NCBI GenBank assembly: GCA_965226495.1
Contig: OZ245365.1
Span: forward strand, 2,528,001 to 2,592,000
Origin: Candidatus Marinacidobacterales bacterium
GTDB taxonomy: Bacteria; Acidobacteriota; Vicinamibacteria; Marinacidobacterales; DATDRI01
DNA: 64,000 nucleotides
Reading direction: 5' to 3'
Numbering within the stretch: the stretch's first letter is position 1; every line of letters begins with the position of its first letter. The notes under the pieces were generated by a model. That model ran no database searches. It saw only the letters and a program-made list of their open reading frames with translations, and had not been told where the DNA came from. Position numbers and translations under genes: made by a program. Below, in pieces: positions 27,472 to 37,778 of the stretch.

Positions 27472-30042
27472 ATGATCAAAAAACTCGGTCACTACGAGGT
27501 CATCGAGCTCATTGGCTCTGGCGGAATGGGTAAAGTCTACCGGGCACGGGACACCAAGCTCGATCGGGACGTGGCGATCAAGGTGCTTCCCGAGAAGCTT
27601 TCCAACGACCCCGATTTACTGGCGCGCTTCGAGAGGGAGGCCAAAGCGGTCGCGGCCCTCTCGCACCCGAACATCCTCGCCATCCACGACTTCGGTACCG
27701 ACAACGGCGTCACCTATGCGGTCACCGAGCTCGTCGATGGAGGAACACTCCAGGAGATCCTAGAGGGCGACGGAGTACCGCAACGAAAGGCTATTGACTA
27801 TGCTCGCCAGGTGGCCAAAGGCCTGGCGGCCGCGCATGACCGGGGCATCGTCCACCGAGACCTAAAACCCGCCAACCTGATGGTCACCCGTGACGGCCGG
27901 GTAAAGATCCTCGACTTCGGTTTGGCCAAGCTGACCCACGCGGGTCAGAGTGAAGCCCCTACCATGGTGCCCGCTCCCGGCCCAGAGACCGGAGCGGGCG
28001 TTGTCCTCGGAACCGTCGGCTACATGTCTCCGGAACAAGTACGGGGACAACCGGCCGACCATCGCTCGGACATCTTCGCTTTCGGTGCGATTCTCTACGA
28101 GCTGGTCACCGGCGAGCGCGCCTTTGCGCGAGATTCGGCTGCGGAGACGATGACCGCCATTCTCAAGGAGGATCCGGGGAAGCTCTCCGAGCCAGGGGGA
28201 CCTTTACCCGCTGTTGTCGAGCGCGTCACTCGGCACTGCTTGGAGAAGAATCCCGAGGAGCGCTTCCAGTCGGCGCACGATCTAGCGTTCGCGCTCGACG
28301 CGATCGCCGAAACCTCGGGAACGAGCGAGTCGGCCGGCGTCGCGGCTCTAACCGGAGGGGCCCCGCGTCGGATTTCGATTCCGCTGGCCGGTTTGATCGC
28401 AGGGGTCACTCTGCTAGTTGGCGTTCTGGCTGGCTGGGCGATCTTCCGGGCGTCGCCGGTTCAGCCACCACAGTTCCAGCGCCTCACATTTCGACGCGGA
28501 CATGTGGTGTCGGCCCGCTTCGCGGCGGACCAGCAAACGGTGGTGTACGGAGCTTCCTGGGAAGGAGCGCCTCCCGAGATTTTCACGACTCAGATCGGGA
28601 CACCGGGTTCGCGTCCCCTCGGATTCGGTTGGGCCGACGTGCTGTCGATCTCCGCAACTGGGGAAATGGCCATTTCGCTCAACCGTCATTTCACCGTGGG
28701 CTTCGAGACGAGTGGGACGCTTGCACGGGTTCCACTCGAGGGCGGAGCTCCCCGCGAGATCCTCGAGTCCGTGCACGATGCGGACTGGGGTCCAGATGGA
28801 GAGAGCCTGGCAGTCGTGCGGACGGTTGAAGGGCAAAACCGACTCGAATATCCGATCGGCAACGTGCTCTACGACACCGATGGCTGGATTAGTAGCCTGC
28901 GCGTGAGTCCCGACGGAAAACTCATCGCCTTTAATGATCATCCGGTGCGGGGCGACAACGTGGGCCCGATGGCCGTGATCGACCTCGAGGGTAATAAGAA
29001 GCTATTCCCTGGAACTGGAGCTCCTCAAGGACTCGCCTGGTCTCCGGACAGCAAAGAAATATGGGGTGCTCAAGGGGGCACCCTTTTCGCCCAACCCCTC
29101 GACGGGGAACGCCGGGTTCTATCTAGCTCGGTTGGGAGCGGGCTGCTGATGGATGTCTCGGACGACGGGAGGCTGCTCATCGCCTCGCAGACTTCGCGTC
29201 GAGAGTTAGTGGGGAGACATCGAGCGGCGACCGAGGAGGTCAATCTTTCCTGGTTCAACTGGTCGGCGCCCAGAGCTCTCTCGGCCGATGGCAGAACCGT
29301 CTTATTCGAAGAACAAAATACGGTTCGCGCGCCCGGTGCCGGTTATCCGATGTATCTCCGCGGGACCGACGGCTCGCCACCCTTGCGTCTCGGAGACGGC
29401 ATGGGCTTGGCGCTCTCGCCCGACGGGCAATGGGCGCTGGGCCTCACCGATCCTTTCGGTGAGCCGCGGCTGATCCTCCACCCCACCGGCCCCGGCCAAA
29501 CACGGGAACTCGACATGGGCAACTTCCAGCCGCAACCGTGGGCGAGCTGGTTGCCGGATGGATCGGGAGCACTGATTGCGGGCAGCCTCGGAGGCGGAGG
29601 AGCTCGGCTGTTTTTTCATGACTTAAACAACGGCGCACCTAAACCCGTCACGCCAGAGGGGATACAATTCAACTACGACAGTAACGCCCTGTCTCCCGAT
29701 GGTGCATGGGTGGCCACGCTCTCGGCCCAGGGCGAACCCTATCGCTATCCGATCGGCGGTGGCGACGGTGAAGCTATCCCCGGTGGTGAACAGGGAGAAG
29801 TTCCCATTCAATGGGATGCCGGCGGGAACCACATCTATGTCTACAGACCGGGCGGCCTTCCGACCCAGGTCTTCAAGCTAAACCTTTCCTCCGGACAACG
29901 GGAGATCTGGAAGGAGTTGGAGCCTCCAGACAGCGCCGGTGTCTTCACCGTCAACATGATCTACATGACCCGCGACGGTGAAAGCTACGTCTACTCTTAC
30001 CGGCGGGTTCTTTCGGATCTTTATCTTGCCAGCGGGTTCTGA
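27472..30042 (+). CDS. Hanks-type Ser/Thr protein kinase with TM helix and TolB/WD40-like propeller
   Basis: GSGGMG, VAIK, HRDLKPAN, DFG and YMSPEQ motifs; SPDG repeats. Confidence 0.9.
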   Translation: MIKKLGHYEVIELIGSGGMGKVYRARDTKLDRDVAIKVLPEKLSNDPDLLARFEREAKAVAALSHPNILAIHDFGTDNGVTYAVTELVDGGTLQEILEGDGVPQRKAIDYARQVAKGLAAAHDRGIVHRDLKPANLMVTRDGRVKILDFGLAKLTHAGQSEAPTMVPAPGPETGAGVVLGTVGYMSPEQVRGQPADHRSDIFAFGAILYELVTGERAFARDSAAETMTAILKEDPGKLSEPGGPLPAVVERVTRHCLEKNPEERFQSAHDLAFALDAIAETSGTSESAGVAALTGGAPRRISIPLAGLIAGVTLLVGVLAGWAIFRASPVQPPQFQRLTFRRGHVVSARFAADQQTVVYGASWEGAPPEIFTTQIGTPGSRPLGFGWADVLSISATGEMAISLNRHFTVGFETSGTLARVPLEGGAPREILESVHDADWGPDGESLAVVRTVEGQNRLEYPIGNVLYDTDGWISSLRVSPDGKLIAFNDHPVRGDNVGPMAVIDLEGNKKLFPGTGAPQGLAWSPDSKEIWGAQGGTLFAQPLDGERRVLSSSVGSGLLMDVSDDGRLLIASQTSRRELVGRHRAATEEVNLSWFNWSAPRALSADGRTVLFEEQNTVRAPGAGYPMYLRGTDGSPPLRLGDGMGLALSPDGQWALGLTDPFGEPRLILHPTGPGQTRELDMGNFQPQPWASWLPDGSGALIAGSLGGGGARLFFHDLNNGAPKPVTPEGIQFNYDSNALSPDGAWVATLSAQGEPYRYPIGGGDGEAIPGGEQGEVPIQWDAGGNHIYVYRPGGLPTQVFKLNLSSGQREIWKELEPPDSAGVFTVNMIYMTRDGESYVYSYRRVLSDLYLASGF

Positions 30043-30272
30043 GAGATAAGTGCGACCGGAATCAGGATGTGAAATCCATAATCGACCCTTCGAGCACGAC
30101 CTCCACTGACGTTGGCCTTCGCAGCGTTGGCTCTACTCGCCTTCTTCTGCTAACCTCGCCCGCAACAAATGGCAGTTCCCAATTTCTCCACCTCTTCGCA
30201 ACCCGACGTGAACTTAGGTCGGGTGAATAGGTTCAAATATTCGTACGCGTGTGGTAACCGGGAGGCCCTCCA

Positions 30273-32006
30273 ATGGAACACGATTCGAAAACACAGAACT
30301 CCAGCTGGACTCGACGGCAGTTTCTAACGCGAGTCGGGCACGCAGGAGGCTCGGCCGCACTCTACGAAACCATGGTCGCCCTCGGGATGATTCGAACACC
30401 ACCGGCCTGGGCTGGCCCGCTTCAAATGAGTCCGGGACACGGCACCGGTCGATCGGTCTTGATTCTCGGTGCGGGCATCGGCGGACTGACGACGGCTTAC
30501 GTCCTGAGTAAGTACGGTTACCGCTGCGAGATCTTGGAGGCCTCGTCGCGCGCCGGTGGGCGAAACTTGACCGCCCGTCGTGGGAGTGTCGTCGTCGAAG
30601 AAAGCGACGCCAACGGCACGACGTACCAGGAGTGTCAGTTCGACGACGGTTTGTATTTGAACATGGGCCCGGGTCGACTCCCCTACCATCACCGTCGCGT
30701 CCTCGGCTATTGCCGGGAGCTCGGCGTGACGCTCGAGCCGTACATCATGAACACGACCGGGAACCTCTTTCAATCTAGGAAATCGTTCGAAGGCGCCCCC
30801 TCGATCTACCGCCAAGTGCAAAACGATGCGCGCGGGTACATCGCTGAGCTCCTCGCCAAGGCCGTCAACCAGGGAGCGCTTCAAGACGAGCTGAACCGTG
30901 ACGATCGTGAGCGGCTGCTCAGCCTCTTGGAAAGATTCGGACCACTGGGTGTCAAGACGCGTGGCTGTGACGCCCCGCCGGACTACACCTATCAAGGCTC
31001 GACGCGCGCCGGGTGTGGCTCCGACCTAAACGGTAACCCAACACCGAGTGTCTTCTACAACTGCGAGATCCCGAGCCATTCGCCACTCGATCAACTGCTC
31101 CGGGCCGAATTCTGGAAAGATAGTTTCTACAACCCCGTCGAGTTCTTATGGCAGCCCACGCTCTTCCAGCCGGCGGGGGGCATGGACGCCATCGTCGATG
31201 GTTTCATCAACAAAGTAGGAGCTCTCATCACCTACAACGCGCCGGTCGTGCATATCGACGCCAGAAACGACGGTGTCGCGGTCACCTACAAACAGGGCGA
31301 CCAGGACATCACAAGACAAGCCGACTATTGTGTGAGCAATATTCCCTGTCCCGTTCTGACGGAGATCACCAACAATTTCGAGCCCCGTTTCGCCGAAGCG
31401 GTGCGGCGAACGGCATTCGCTTCGTCGTGTAAGGTTGGATGGCAGACTAACACTCGCTTCTGGGAGTCCGACAAGTATCAAATCTACGGAGGCATCAGCT
31501 GGACCGACGACATCATCGAGCAGATCTGGTATCCCTCGAACGACTACTTCTCTCAGAAGGGCACGCTCACGGGCGCTTACATTCACGACGGTGTTTGTGC
31601 CGACGACCCCCACAACGCGACGGAGTTCGGGACCTATAGCCTGGAGAAACGGTTGGCGGTCGCGAAGGAAGGCGGGCGGCGGTTACATGACGAATTCGAT
31701 AGTGACGCGATCGTGCCAACCGCGCTCGGATTGTCCATCGCGTGGCAGAACGTACCGCACCAACGAGGCGCGTGGGCGGCTTGGGGCAGCGAACAGCACG
31801 ACGATGCTGACTATGTTCGGTTACTACTTCCCGATCGCCGCTTCTACGTCGTCGGTGATCAGGTCTCTACCCTTCCTGGGTGGCAGGAAGGTGCGATGAT
31901 GTCTGCTGAGCACGTCGTGGAGTTGATCAGCGGATTGAAGCCGCACAGGGTTCCGAAGGACACGACGGCGCCCGATACTATCAAGGTGACCCGAGGCCAC
32001 GGGTAG
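30273..32006 (+). CDS. Flavin monoamine oxidase / L-amino-acid oxidase family, Tat-exported
   Basis: TRRQFL; GAGIGG...EASSRAGGR; GWQEGA. Confidence 0.85.
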   Translation: MEHDSKTQNSSWTRRQFLTRVGHAGGSAALYETMVALGMIRTPPAWAGPLQMSPGHGTGRSVLILGAGIGGLTTAYVLSKYGYRCEILEASSRAGGRNLTARRGSVVVEESDANGTTYQECQFDDGLYLNMGPGRLPYHHRRVLGYCRELGVTLEPYIMNTTGNLFQSRKSFEGAPSIYRQVQNDARGYIAELLAKAVNQGALQDELNRDDRERLLSLLERFGPLGVKTRGCDAPPDYTYQGSTRAGCGSDLNGNPTPSVFYNCEIPSHSPLDQLLRAEFWKDSFYNPVEFLWQPTLFQPAGGMDAIVDGFINKVGALITYNAPVVHIDARNDGVAVTYKQGDQDITRQADYCVSNIPCPVLTEITNNFEPRFAEAVRRTAFASSCKVGWQTNTRFWESDKYQIYGGISWTDDIIEQIWYPSNDYFSQKGTLTGAYIHDGVCADDPHNATEFGTYSLEKRLAVAKEGGRRLHDEFDSDAIVPTALGLSIAWQNVPHQRGAWAAWGSEQHDDADYVRLLLPDRRFYVVGDQVSTLPGWQEGAMMSAEHVVELISGLKPHRVPKDTTAPDTIKVTRGHG

Positions 32007-32079
32007 GCTCCCCCTTTTTCAAACGCGCTTTGGGGGAGTCGCGTCAGACCCTTTCCAGTCTTGGGAGGGGACTCCGATG

Positions 32080-34263
32080 CTAGTCGCTCGATTTCGCCTC
32101 GTTTTCTCGGTAGCATTCACGTCGACTTAGCTGGGGCCACTGAAAGTCACGGCCCTTCGCTTGGTAGTCGGCGCCACTTGGGTCGCTCACGACCTCGACG
32201 GTCTGCATCATGCCGTTGTCCTCGTGCAGCAGGATGTGGCAGTGATCGACATAGCTACCCGCGTAATCCAAAAACCGCGCGCGAAAGATCGCTCGACCAC
32301 CATTGCGTGGTAGGCGAACCGTGTCTTGCCATCGGGGATGCTCCAGCAACTCCTTTCCATTGCCATCTCGAAGGCTAATCACCCAGAAGGGATTGACGTG
32401 GATATGGAAGGGATGGTCGACGGCTTTCGTGGTGATTTTCTTCCCTGATGTCTTAGCTGGCTTCTTGTCCCAAATGGTCTGCGAGCAATTCCAGACCGTC
32501 CACTCCTCCGCCGACCCCAAGAGCATCTTATGCGCGACCGTATTTGGATTGAATTTCGCGCCATCGATTCGCATGGTATCTCTCGGCTTCCCTCCATCGG
32601 GAAAAGTAGCCGTCCCCCAACCGGAGTACTTGACCTGGCGTTTTCGGTACTTGCCCGCCTCGTCCGGCTTTTCACGCTTGACGGCCTCGTCGCGAGGAAT
32701 CACGAGCTCGTCGTCTCCCACCGGGTGGAGCATCCTGGGAACCGCCGGAAACTCGATTCCCTCCAGCGGAACGTCCGGCAGAGGCGGCAACGGTTTCTGG
32801 TCTTCATTCTTGGTCTCACGGACGACGAGGGTGGCTATGACCACATCTGGCAAAGGCTTGTAGTCGGGGTCTTGTTGCTTCTTGAACGCATCTTCGTCCG
32901 CGGCATTCGGATAGTACTTTGCAACGACGGTGAAGACTTTCTCCTCTACTCCATTGAGTCTAGGTGCCTTGAACAAGAAATCGGCGCGATTCGCGGGAGC
33001 CATCACCAGGGACTTGATCGGCCTGGTGGTGTATCGCGGGTTGGCCTCATTGGTTACGAGTGTGATGCCATCCATCGCGAGGTGTCGCAGCGGCTGTCGC
33101 TTGCTCCGGTCTTCAGGCACATCCGGCAGCACATCTTCGGCGGAAGTGTCCCCTTCGACGACCATGAATCGAATGTAGCCCCTGCCGTCGACGCTTCCAT
33201 TGAGGACCCGCCACCGCTCCACCGCGCCCGGCCGCATCACCATCACCCGCCGTCCGGGTGATTTGCCATTGACCGCCGGGAAAGCGAGCTGGGACTTCTG
33301 CCTTGGGACGCCGTCGGGAGACCTAAACCCCTCCGGGTCCGTGGGTTTCGGCGCCACGACTCGTTGAACAAGAATGAGCCGCTCTCGGTACGCCCCCACA
33401 CGGTTCGGATCGTCGGGGTGAGGGTCGAAATGTTTCTTGAGCGCGTGGTCTACATCGCCCTCAATGATCAGGAAGCCCGCCATTCCGCTTGCCACCTGGG
33501 TGAAGGTCGCTCCATGGCTGTGCGGATGATACCAATGGGTCCCGGGAGGGTGGATTTCTCCGAGCGCGCCCAATTTGAATTCGAAGTTCGCCTCGCCCAC
33601 AACTTCGTTTCCTTTGAGCGGCCAACAGTCTGGATCGCCTGCGGCTCTCCTCAAGTCATAATCCCCTTGGGGAATAACTCTCAAGAAGACATTGTCTGAG
33701 AAAGTGGCGTCCGGATTTCGCGCGGGTTCGACGTGCAAGCCATGTGTATGGAGGTTGGTCGTGTGCACCTGATGCTTCCCGTTGGTATGTCCTGGGAGGC
33801 AGAAATCCTTTTGGTTCGGTCCCAGTAGATTCCGGACCTTCAAAAATAGTGTCTCGTTGCCCTTCAGCCGGATGGTGGGACCGGGCGATGTGCCGTTGTA
33901 GCTAAACAGAAAAGGCTCCCCGTCGCCCGTCTCGGCATCACCAAATACGGCCTTCGGGGCCGCGTGCTTGACCAGATTCAGGTGAAGTTGCTGACCGGGC
34001 CAATCGCTGGGCCGCCACTCCCAGGGTTCTACCCAGTTGTCCTCGAGAGTTGCTCGAGTTCCTGCCCCGCCTTTTTGTGTGGCACCCGGGTCATCACCCT
34101 TGTCTCGCGCCGCCGCGTCAGTGCTTGAGGCCTTGAAGCCCCCCGCTACTAGGGCGGCGGCACCGGTCGCGGATAGTCTTAGGAAACGACGGCGGCCGGG
34201 ACTCGTCGTCTCCTCCGCTGGTTGCGCATCTGTGTCCCTGTGAAGATCCCTTTTATCCGACAT
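32080..34263 (-). CDS. Multicopper oxidase (laccase-like), Tat-exported
   Basis: GRRRFL; all four Cu motifs present: HTH, WYHPH, HPFHIH and HCHILLHEDNGMM. Confidence 0.9.
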   Translation of the reverse strand: MSDKRDLHRDTDAQPAEETTSPGRRRFLRLSATGAAALVAGGFKASSTDAAARDKGDDPGATQKGGAGTRATLEDNWVEPWEWRPSDWPGQQLHLNLVKHAAPKAVFGDAETGDGEPFLFSYNGTSPGPTIRLKGNETLFLKVRNLLGPNQKDFCLPGHTNGKHQVHTTNLHTHGLHVEPARNPDATFSDNVFLRVIPQGDYDLRRAAGDPDCWPLKGNEVVGEANFEFKLGALGEIHPPGTHWYHPHSHGATFTQVASGMAGFLIIEGDVDHALKKHFDPHPDDPNRVGAYRERLILVQRVVAPKPTDPEGFRSPDGVPRQKSQLAFPAVNGKSPGRRVMVMRPGAVERWRVLNGSVDGRGYIRFMVVEGDTSAEDVLPDVPEDRSKRQPLRHLAMDGITLVTNEANPRYTTRPIKSLVMAPANRADFLFKAPRLNGVEEKVFTVVAKYYPNAADEDAFKKQQDPDYKPLPDVVIATLVVRETKNEDQKPLPPLPDVPLEGIEFPAVPRMLHPVGDDELVIPRDEAVKREKPDEAGKYRKRQVKYSGWGTATFPDGGKPRDTMRIDGAKFNPNTVAHKMLLGSAEEWTVWNCSQTIWDKKPAKTSGKKITTKAVDHPFHIHVNPFWVISLRDGNGKELLEHPRWQDTVRLPRNGGRAIFRARFLDYAGSYVDHCHILLHEDNGMMQTVEVVSDPSGADYQAKGRDFQWPQLSRRECYRENEAKSSD

Positions 34264-34461
34264 ACGAACGTCCTCCTAATCGAGTGCTCCTTCAACCGTG
34301 CCCATTGCGCTCGAGGTGGCAGTACCTGTCGAGGATGCGGCGCCCCATCGCTTCCTGGGCTGGTCATTGCGTACCTGCTTACTAATGTTCAGTCACCTGC
34401 ACGCCCGCGGTCGAGCAGCTGCGGCACGGGCAGACAGGGACTCCTGTGTGAAGAGACCGCG

Positions 34462-36264
34462 TCAGTACGTGAGGGGGTTCTTCGGAAACGCAATCCCCTT
34501 GCGGACGCCGACGCTCACGACGAGCCGGACTCGGTTCTGGGCTCCCAGAGCGAGCTCTACATCGCTCGGCGAGTCATTAAAAATGTCGGCCCGGAGCCCA
34601 ATTTTGGTATCGAAGAACAAATTTCTTTGAAATTTCGCGAAGTTCAAACTAACCGCCCATCCAACGTCGATGCCCCAGCGCGTCCGGCTCAGTGCCGCTC
34701 GGTCAGGAAACTGTCCGATTCGCGCCGCCACCTCATCTGCCGCTTCAAGGGTCAAGTCGGCCGTCCCCGCAAGACGTTCTCGACGAATATTGATCCCTCC
34801 GTAGAAACCGGAATATCCCCCGCGAAAGAACAAGTAGTGGAGCTCGGTGCTATGAAACTGCCAGTTCTCAGTGTCGAAGTTGAAATTAACCTCGAACATG
34901 CTGTTGGGAAGCCACTGCGTGCCGGAAAAAGTGATCTCCGCGACACGAATGGATCCTTGCACCAGCATCCCCGACCCACTGGGATCGTCCCACTGGACCC
35001 CGCCGCCGAGTGACACCGTGGGGTAGAGATGAAGCTTGAAAATGTTGTTGGGATCTTGCGCATCAGGATGTTCGAGGAGCTTGATGTGGTGCGTGTCGCC
35101 TTTCCATTGCTTGCGGTCGGGCCAACGCCGCAATGCCGCCGACGCTCCCGGGCTCAGAACGGTCGACGTGGGAGGGTTGTCGAGCCAGAAGCAATCCTTG
35201 TGTTCCGAGAGAAACTCCTCGACCGAGCCACTACAGGAGGCATCAACCGCGGCGTCACGCCCCAAGAGCTGGTACAGACAGGCAAGGTCCTGCATCGGAA
35301 AAAGCGTGTAACGATTCAGATACTTCAAAGACCGATCTTTCGGGAAGCGCGACCGATAAGACTCCGTATAGTCTCCGTAGTACGCATCCTCCTCATATTG
35401 CGACTCAATCCAAATATTGTCGTCGTTTCTCGGCAGCGAGTACCAATCCTTGAAATCTCCGATGATGTGAAAGAAACTGCTCGGCTCGATGTCCCTCGAC
35501 CCCCAAGCTGCGTCCCGAAACAAATTGACATCGGCACCGACGTCGAATCGTCCATCGAAATTGCGATCGGGAGCGCTGGCATGCTTACCGCGCTCGACCA
35601 GGATGGGAAGATGGTTCGGCAGCACGGTGGGAAAGATTTCCGTCCGAGGATCCGCGTTCCTCCCGGCTACCAGAACGTTGTTGGCGGTATGCGTTTCGTG
35701 GCCGGCGCCCACCACGCCCACTACGTTGCCCTCGAGTAGGTCGTCGTAAACCTCTAACTCCTTGTCGATCGCTACGAAGACGAAGGCGTGTTCTGAGTCC
35801 CCTTTATGGCCGCCGCCCATGCCACGATCGTAGGGATAATAGAACCAGTACTCGAGCGCGTAGACGTAGCGATCCCCCACTCGCCGAGACCAATGATACG
35901 CCGGAGGTAAGGCGGGCAATTTGTAGAGAACGCGAGCCCGAAGACGCCCTTCTTTGGATTGCTCGTCGATCACGCGCACTACGTCTTCGTAGGAGGCTTC
36001 GATGTCCCACTCCAGCTCGGCGAGACTATTGAGATCTTTCTCTGACCCACCAAAGTTAATCTGTCCATCGAAGGCGAGAGCGTGAGGAAGCATCGGCATC
36101 GTCGGTTCATCGGTCGCGAGCCATAGTACCGGAGCGAAAGTCCGCATCACTCGGACCTCCGGATGAAGATCTTCCGGGGGGCCCGTGCCCTGAGCGGTGA
36201 GAAAAGCCTCAGCGTAGGTAACTGGCAAAAATGACAAAATTAGGGCAAGACAATCGGCGCGCAC
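34462..36264 (-). CDS. Exported hypothetical protein with beta-strand-rich C-terminus
   Basis: 600-aa ORF with signal peptide; YWFYYPYD..GHKGDSEH and GKHAS motifs; amphipathic C-terminal strands. Confidence 0.65.
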   Translation of the reverse strand: MRADCLALILSFLPVTYAEAFLTAQGTGPPEDLHPEVRVMRTFAPVLWLATDEPTMPMLPHALAFDGQINFGGSEKDLNSLAELEWDIEASYEDVVRVIDEQSKEGRLRARVLYKLPALPPAYHWSRRVGDRYVYALEYWFYYPYDRGMGGGHKGDSEHAFVFVAIDKELEVYDDLLEGNVVGVVGAGHETHTANNVLVAGRNADPRTEIFPTVLPNHLPILVERGKHASAPDRNFDGRFDVGADVNLFRDAAWGSRDIEPSSFFHIIGDFKDWYSLPRNDDNIWIESQYEEDAYYGDYTESYRSRFPKDRSLKYLNRYTLFPMQDLACLYQLLGRDAAVDASCSGSVEEFLSEHKDCFWLDNPPTSTVLSPGASAALRRWPDRKQWKGDTHHIKLLEHPDAQDPNNIFKLHLYPTVSLGGGVQWDDPSGSGMLVQGSIRVAEITFSGTQWLPNSMFEVNFNFDTENWQFHSTELHYLFFRGGYSGFYGGINIRRERLAGTADLTLEAADEVAARIGQFPDRAALSRTRWGIDVGWAVSLNFAKFQRNLFFDTKIGLRADIFNDSPSDVELALGAQNRVRLVVSVGVRKGIAFPKNPLTY

Positions 36265-36310
36265 TGGTAACCTCCGTCTTGTCGTAGGAACGTGTCCGGA
36301 GATGATGCAA

Positions 36311-37732
36311 TCAGGACGTCCGGAACGCTTCCGGATCGGCCTTATAGACGGGCTGCTTGAACGAAAAGAGGCCGTTCGGGTCCAGCCGCGCTCGGATCGT
36401 CTCGAAGCGCGGGTCTTTCTCCGGACGCGTGTAATACACCTTGCCCCAGTGGGGTCTGCCGTCCAAATTGATGAGCCGCCTCTCGATGTCCGGCAGCCAC
36501 GTATGCACTCCCTTGCCGGTGGTGAAGAAACTGATGCTGAAAGAGACGGTAGGCGAAAAACGAAAGTGGCTCAGCAGACTCCGTTCGCTTTGCTTCGTAA
36601 ACCGGACCTGAATCGGAGAGCCGACGAACACACCCTTCGTCTCCGCAAGGGCGATGCTCTTCTCCATCTCGTCAAACGCCTCCCAAAGATGTGCATACGG
36701 GAACTGATACTCCATGGTGTAGGTCTTAACGGCTTCGCGCCATATGTTGCCCTTGCCCAGCAGGATCTTGTAAGACGGACCCTGCCGATCCACGCTGGGG
36801 AAGATCGTGTCGTTCACCGAGTTCCTGAATAGATCGGGCAAGCCTTCCGGGTTCCACCGTCCCTTCGTTTCCGCGTAGCGGGAGCTCACCAAGATTAGGG
36901 CTCTTTCCCACGCGGTCATCGGATTGATCTCTTCCGTGGAGTCGACCTTGTTGCGCACGATGCGTGCCGCTTTGTCGGTGTAGGGGTAGTACCAGTACTC
37001 GAGGTGTCGGTTCTCTAGGAGCGCCGGTATCTCGGACTGCTCGTCTCGAAATCGGACCAGGGTTTCTTTGTGGTCGAGGAAGTAGCTCGGAAGGACCGCG
37101 AGCCGTACCGAGTAGATGACGCCCAGCTGTCCCAAGGAAACCCGTCCCGCCGCAAGGTCCTCGCCCTCGAGAGATTGCGCCTGGCCGTCCGCGGTGACGA
37201 TCGTCATACCCTCCACGAATTCCGAGAGCGAGCCCAGTGTCACACCGGAGCCGTGGGTCTCGGTCGAGATCGCTCCGGATATCGTCTGGGGGTTGGCATC
37301 TCCCATGTTTGCCAACGCCAATCCGCGGCTGAAGAGCTCCTCGTTTAAGTTCGCGATAGACATCCCGCCCTGGACCTCGACGACACTCCCGTCTTGGCCG
37401 ATGATCTGATTCAGCTTCTCCATGCGGATGACGGCGCCGCCGCTGTCTGGGAGCCCGAGATTCGACCAGGCGTGGCCGCTCCCGACGACCCGTAGGCGCC
37501 AACCGTTGTCCGCCGCTTCCTTGACGTTGGCCTTCAACTCTTCGAGGTTTGCCGGTTGATAGATCGCCATCAAGTTCTGGTGGACGACGGTCTCCGCCCA
37601 ATTCTTCCATTGCTTGCCGGTGGTCTCCGTCGGCGGCGTGGTCGACTTGCCGCCACAACTTATCGCTGCACCCGCTAGCCCCACCGCCGCGCTGCTTTGC
37701 ACGAATTCACGCCGTGATATTTTTCTCGCCAT
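36311..37732 (-). CDS. FAD-linked aldonolactone oxidase (ALO/GULO family), Tat lipoprotein
   Basis: SRREFV...ISC; WKNWA, VGSGHAWS, GAISTETHG, EY and GRPHWGK motifs. Confidence 0.85.
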   Translation of the reverse strand: MARKISRREFVQSSAAVGLAGAAISCGGKSTTPPTETTGKQWKNWAETVVHQNLMAIYQPANLEELKANVKEAADNGWRLRVVGSGHAWSNLGLPDSGGAVIRMEKLNQIIGQDGSVVEVQGGMSIANLNEELFSRGLALANMGDANPQTISGAISTETHGSGVTLGSLSEFVEGMTIVTADGQAQSLEGEDLAAGRVSLGQLGVIYSVRLAVLPSYFLDHKETLVRFRDEQSEIPALLENRHLEYWYYPYTDKAARIVRNKVDSTEEINPMTAWERALILVSSRYAETKGRWNPEGLPDLFRNSVNDTIFPSVDRQGPSYKILLGKGNIWREAVKTYTMEYQFPYAHLWEAFDEMEKSIALAETKGVFVGSPIQVRFTKQSERSLLSHFRFSPTVSFSISFFTTGKGVHTWLPDIERRLINLDGRPHWGKVYYTRPEKDPRFETIRARLDPNGLFSFKQPVYKADPEAFRTS

Positions 37733-37778
37733 CTCGCCCCTTTCAGAAGCGTCGCACGCGAAACCGCACGCGAAGCCC

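Noticed and set aside
37753-37776. 12-bp-period tandem cgcacgcgaa repeat (also aacgactca x2 near 24733-24750)
   Set aside because: Too short to assign a function; no gene disrupted
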